From an uncultured bacterium (GTDB lineage: Bacteria; Babelota; Babeliae; Babelales; Vermiphilaceae), in NCBI GenBank assembly GCA_963701085.1, contig OY969561.1:768001-832000 (forward strand): 64,000 nt of DNA. The letters run 5' to 3'. Shown piece by piece: positions 60,947 to 64,000 of the stretch (positions are counted from its first letter, which is position 1; the number at the start of each line of letters is the position of its first letter). The translations under genes were made by a program, and so were the position numbers. The notes below the pieces were generated by a model that searched no databases, was not told the origin of the DNA, and saw only the letters and a list, made by a program, of their open reading frames with translations.

Positions 60947-61903
60947 ATGAAAAAAAAGACACAATGGCGCCAGTCGCTACTCAAAAGCATACAATTGCAG
61001 CTTTTTATATCATTCATCTCTCTACCATTTTTAATAGGCTGGGGACTTGCAGTTTCTCTCCTTACTCCCGTAAGCACGCTTATTTTTGGTCCTTTTTTAA
61101 CCTGTTTTTTATTCGTTTCATCACTTATATTCTTTTTAGAACTTCTTTATCTTCCCAACTCAGCACTCATCTGGTGTCTTGAACAAATTACCGCCATATG
61201 GCTTGCTTGCCTGAATTTGGAGCAGCGAGCATGGCTCATTGGATTTACCAAACCACCACTATTTATTCTTCTTATTATTCCCTGTATTGCATTAATTGCT
61301 GTTCACAGCAAAAGAATTACCACGATATCAACACGAACGGCATTACTTGCAATACTCCTTGTTGCAATATGTAGTGCCTTAAAATTCTTTCCCTACCCAC
61401 ATAACACGCTCGAAAAAATCCCTTACAACAACGGGGATATAACGCTCATAAATTTAGATAAAACTCTTATTTTGATTGACCCTGCTTTTATCGCATCACG
61501 CCCTTCCTATGAATCATCTATCTCATACACACTGATTCCAGAAATAATACAAAAAACAGGATGTATGCATATTGACCATTTTATTGTATATAAATTCAAT
61601 AAACGCATTCTTGACGCGCTCCAATTTCTTGCAACCAAAATGACCATAAAAAATGTATATTTACCAACATGGAAAGGACGAATTCCACCATTTGCATGGC
61701 GATCATATGCGCAACTCAAAAAAACAATTCTTGCTAACAATGGAAAAATTATATCAGTCTCATACAAAAAACAACTTTGCAGCGATAACGTATGTACGCT
61801 TTTTATTGAACCAGCTACCACAAAAAATGTATCTTATTATGACTCTACGTATCAACCATTATGCGTAAAGGGAACCATTAATAATCAAACATTTTCACTT
61901 TAA
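60947..61903 (+). CDS. ComEC-like fragment (C-terminal membrane part plus degenerate MBL-like domain)
   Basis: QLFISFISLP...SLLTPVSTLIFGP TM pattern, then TLILID...IDHFIV. Confidence 0.55.
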   Translation: MKKKTQWRQSLLKSIQLQLFISFISLPFLIGWGLAVSLLTPVSTLIFGPFLTCFLFVSSLIFFLELLYLPNSALIWCLEQITAIWLACLNLEQRAWLIGFTKPPLFILLIIPCIALIAVHSKRITTISTRTALLAILLVAICSALKFFPYPHNTLEKIPYNNGDITLINLDKTLILIDPAFIASRPSYESSISYTLIPEIIQKTGCMHIDHFIVYKFNKRILDALQFLATKMTIKNVYLPTWKGRIPPFAWRSYAQLKKTILANNGKIISVSYKKQLCSDNVCTLFIEPATTKNVSYYDSTYQPLCVKGTINNQTFSL

Positions 61904-61919
61904 AAAATAGGATTTGAGC

Positions 61920-62462
61920 ATGGATGCAATAACAGTATTACTTATAATTGCTTCAGAAGGATTTCAGCAGATTGAATATGGTATAACAAAAAAAATAATC
62001 GTCGATGCCGGTTTTACCGTTATTACCGCAAGCGATCAATCTGGCAAAGCGGTTGCAGAGAATGCCTCAACAACACACGTTGATATCACTCTCGATCACG
62101 TAAGAATGGATAACTATGAAGGTATCTTTTTTATTGGTGGTCCAGGAGCATTAGAGCATTTAGATAACAACACAAGTTATAAAGTAATTCAAGAAGCGTT
62201 TCATCAGAACAAACCAATTGGCGCAATTTGCATTGCAACAAGAATACTGGCAAAAGCTGGTGTACTGAGAGATAAATATGCAACAGGATGGAATGAGGAT
62301 GGCCTTCTCAACGCTATTTATGCAGAATGCGGCGCAGTTTATTTACCAGAAGAAAAAGTTGTCGTAGAATCCAGTATTATTACCGCAACAGATCCATCCG
62401 CTGCTCAACAGTTTGGTGAAAAAATTGTTGAATTATTACACAACAGACAAAGCTGGGGATGA
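61920..62462 (+). CDS. DJ-1/PfpI family protein
   Basis: GFQQIE, FIGGPG, GAIC, LAKAGVL, IITA. Confidence 0.9.
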   Translation: MDAITVLLIIASEGFQQIEYGITKKIIVDAGFTVITASDQSGKAVAENASTTHVDITLDHVRMDNYEGIFFIGGPGALEHLDNNTSYKVIQEAFHQNKPIGAICIATRILAKAGVLRDKYATGWNEDGLLNAIYAECGAVYLPEEKVVVESSIITATDPSAAQQFGEKIVELLHNRQSWG

Positions 62463-62563
62463 CCTTACCCCTCCTTTGCTAAGCTAAAAAACCCCTATTA
62501 GACACTATACACATATATTATATACTGAATATATAAAACAAATGTATATTAGGGGTATTCAAA

Positions 62564-63421
62564 GTGAATCAAAACAAAACCATTCTCAAAGCGTTCAGTC
62601 TCTCATTGCTACTATTTTCATCATCAATTCTTCCGATGATGCAATGGCTCAGAGACAAGCCAAAACACGATGCCGAATTAAAAAAAATCAAAAGACTTAC
62701 AACCGTATCAGCCGTTGAAGATCAAATAAACTTCATAAAAAGTAAACTCTACACTGAATGTTTGACAGAACTTAATCACATCACAGAGATACCATACGAA
62801 ACCTTAAAAGAGCAATTCGATAGCGAAAGAATTCTGATAAAAGAAGCCTTACAAAAAGAACATTCATACATCACTCAAGAACACGATAGCGGTATGCCAC
62901 CATCTCTCTATAAAGACTTAAATGCGATAATGGTAAAAGAAAAAATCAATCCAAAAAATATGATCCTTAAATATGCAGCCGAGAACCTCGATAATCCAAG
63001 AATTATCATGCTCTCTTCTGCAACAGGCGGCAGCTTAAAGTATTATCCCCACTTTTTTATAAAACCAAGAATAACAATACATGAGCCGCTATTTCAACAG
63101 TATAAAGCCTTTCAACATTTTACAGGCTGGCATGAATTATATCACATTTTCTTACGACACACCTCAATGAATGAAATGACAAGGCCCTATACATCTAATA
63201 ATAACCGCTTAATTTCAATCCAAGAAAGAGAAGCGGATATACATGCAGCATCGAAAAATACTCACGCTGCTCGTGCTGGCAAAGAAATGAACTGCATTTT
63301 TGGTTATCCTCAAATTATCAATAGACAAAGCCACTGCAAAGAGATGGAAATCATGTACGCACTAATGCAGCAAAAAGAAACTATCTCCAGACAAATTCAA
63401 CAAAAAGAGAGGTTATCATAA
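62564..63421 (+). CDS. Secreted HExxH zincin-like (M48-like) protein
   Basis: Signal peptide; HELYH...EREAD. Confidence 0.7.
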   Translation: MNQNKTILKAFSLSLLLFSSSILPMMQWLRDKPKHDAELKKIKRLTTVSAVEDQINFIKSKLYTECLTELNHITEIPYETLKEQFDSERILIKEALQKEHSYITQEHDSGMPPSLYKDLNAIMVKEKINPKNMILKYAAENLDNPRIIMLSSATGGSLKYYPHFFIKPRITIHEPLFQQYKAFQHFTGWHELYHIFLRHTSMNEMTRPYTSNNNRLISIQEREADIHAASKNTHAARAGKEMNCIFGYPQIINRQSHCKEMEIMYALMQQKETISRQIQQKERLS

Positions 63422-63468
63422 ACCTCCCCATCCAATTTATTTATTAGTCGTCATCAGAATGGCCCGTG

Positions 63469-63496
63469 CCCTACTTCGCTGAAGCTACGAAGGGCG
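63469..63496. repeat. Module A variant forming the end of the cyclase gene
   Basis: CCCTACTTCGCTGAAGCTACGAAGGGCG; its arms match the outer shell at 28095-28198. Confidence 0.75.
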
Positions 63497-64000
63497 CTTA
63501 GCTATAAGAATAGCACGCGCAGGAGCAGCTTCAAGACCAATGGAATACAGCGGCAAACAGACAAAAAAATAACTGCCTGGTTGCACATGTCCCAATCGCA
63601 GCCCTTCAATAATAGCCACATCTGCATGCATTAAATTTTCATGCGTTGGGTGACCAGGTTGACTGTGTTCAATGCCAAGATAATCAATACCAACAACTTT
63701 TATTTTTTTCTCTGCCAAATAAATAGCCCCACTTGCTTCAAGATAGACAAAATGAGGACTAAATTTATCGGTAGGAGAAATATCACTATTAGTTGTACGT
63801 AGTAAAACAATACCACCTTCAACAATGTCATTATCATGAGCCATAAGACAGTCACGCGTAATTCGTTCTGCACACGTTGTCATATCAAGCACTACACAAT
63901 CACCAACAAAACGCTCTAACGGCATCTCATCAATCGTCTTACCATCCCTCAGAAAATGCGATGGTGCATCAATGTGCGTTCCCGTATGAGAACTCAGTTG
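63485..64000 (-). CDS. Cyclase family protein (KynB kynurenine formamidase-like), 5' end outside the window
   Basis: SHTGTHIDAPSHF at the edge, VGIDYLGIE, IIEGL, LPL...EAAPARAI. Confidence 0.9.
   Translation of the reverse strand, partial: QLSSHTGTHIDAPSHFLRDGKTIDEMPLERFVGDCVVLDMTTCAERITRDCLMAHDNDIVEGGIVLLRTTNSDISPTDKFSPHFVYLEASGAIYLAEKKIKVVGIDYLGIEHSQPGHPTHENLMHADVAIIEGLRLGHVQPGSYFFVCLPLYSIGLEAAPARAILIAKRPS

Noticed and set aside
62468-62486. CCCTCCTTTGCTAAGCTA as another module A copy
   Set aside because: Only a short degenerate half match

Overview
AT-rich bacterial chromosome segment read with the standard code (table 11). The gene content suggests an obligate intracellular parasite of protists, most likely Dependentiae/Babeliales (TM6); this is an inference. 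Housekeeping genes (comF, lspA, pheT, trhO, murB, yhhQ, tgt, a TrmH methylase, mraY, mnmG, lgt, dnaG, rpoD, tkt) are interleaved with tandem arrays of signal-peptide-bearing putative effectors: macro-domain, ankyrin, WD40/beta-propeller, HD, alpha/beta-hydrolase and zincin proteins. Main observations: (1) small palindromic modules nest inside each other and inside a TTA-flanked MITE, whose core is inverted between copies; these elements also sit in frame in pheT and in a WD40 gene. (2) An unannotated aromatic-rich leader peptide ending WRRWC precedes an operon of secreted GNAT, amino-acid ABC importer and ACY1-like aminoacylase. (3) More than 20 unrelated signal peptides end in [A/G/S]-M-[E/D]. 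(4) Macro and WD40 effectors share a C-terminal F-box/cullin-box-like motif. (5) Effector arrays grew at duplicated ends of housekeeping genes (mraY 3' end, trhO 5' end). No rRNA, tRNA, CRISPR array, integrase or transposase gene was recognised. All family assignments come from reading motifs by eye; no searches were run.
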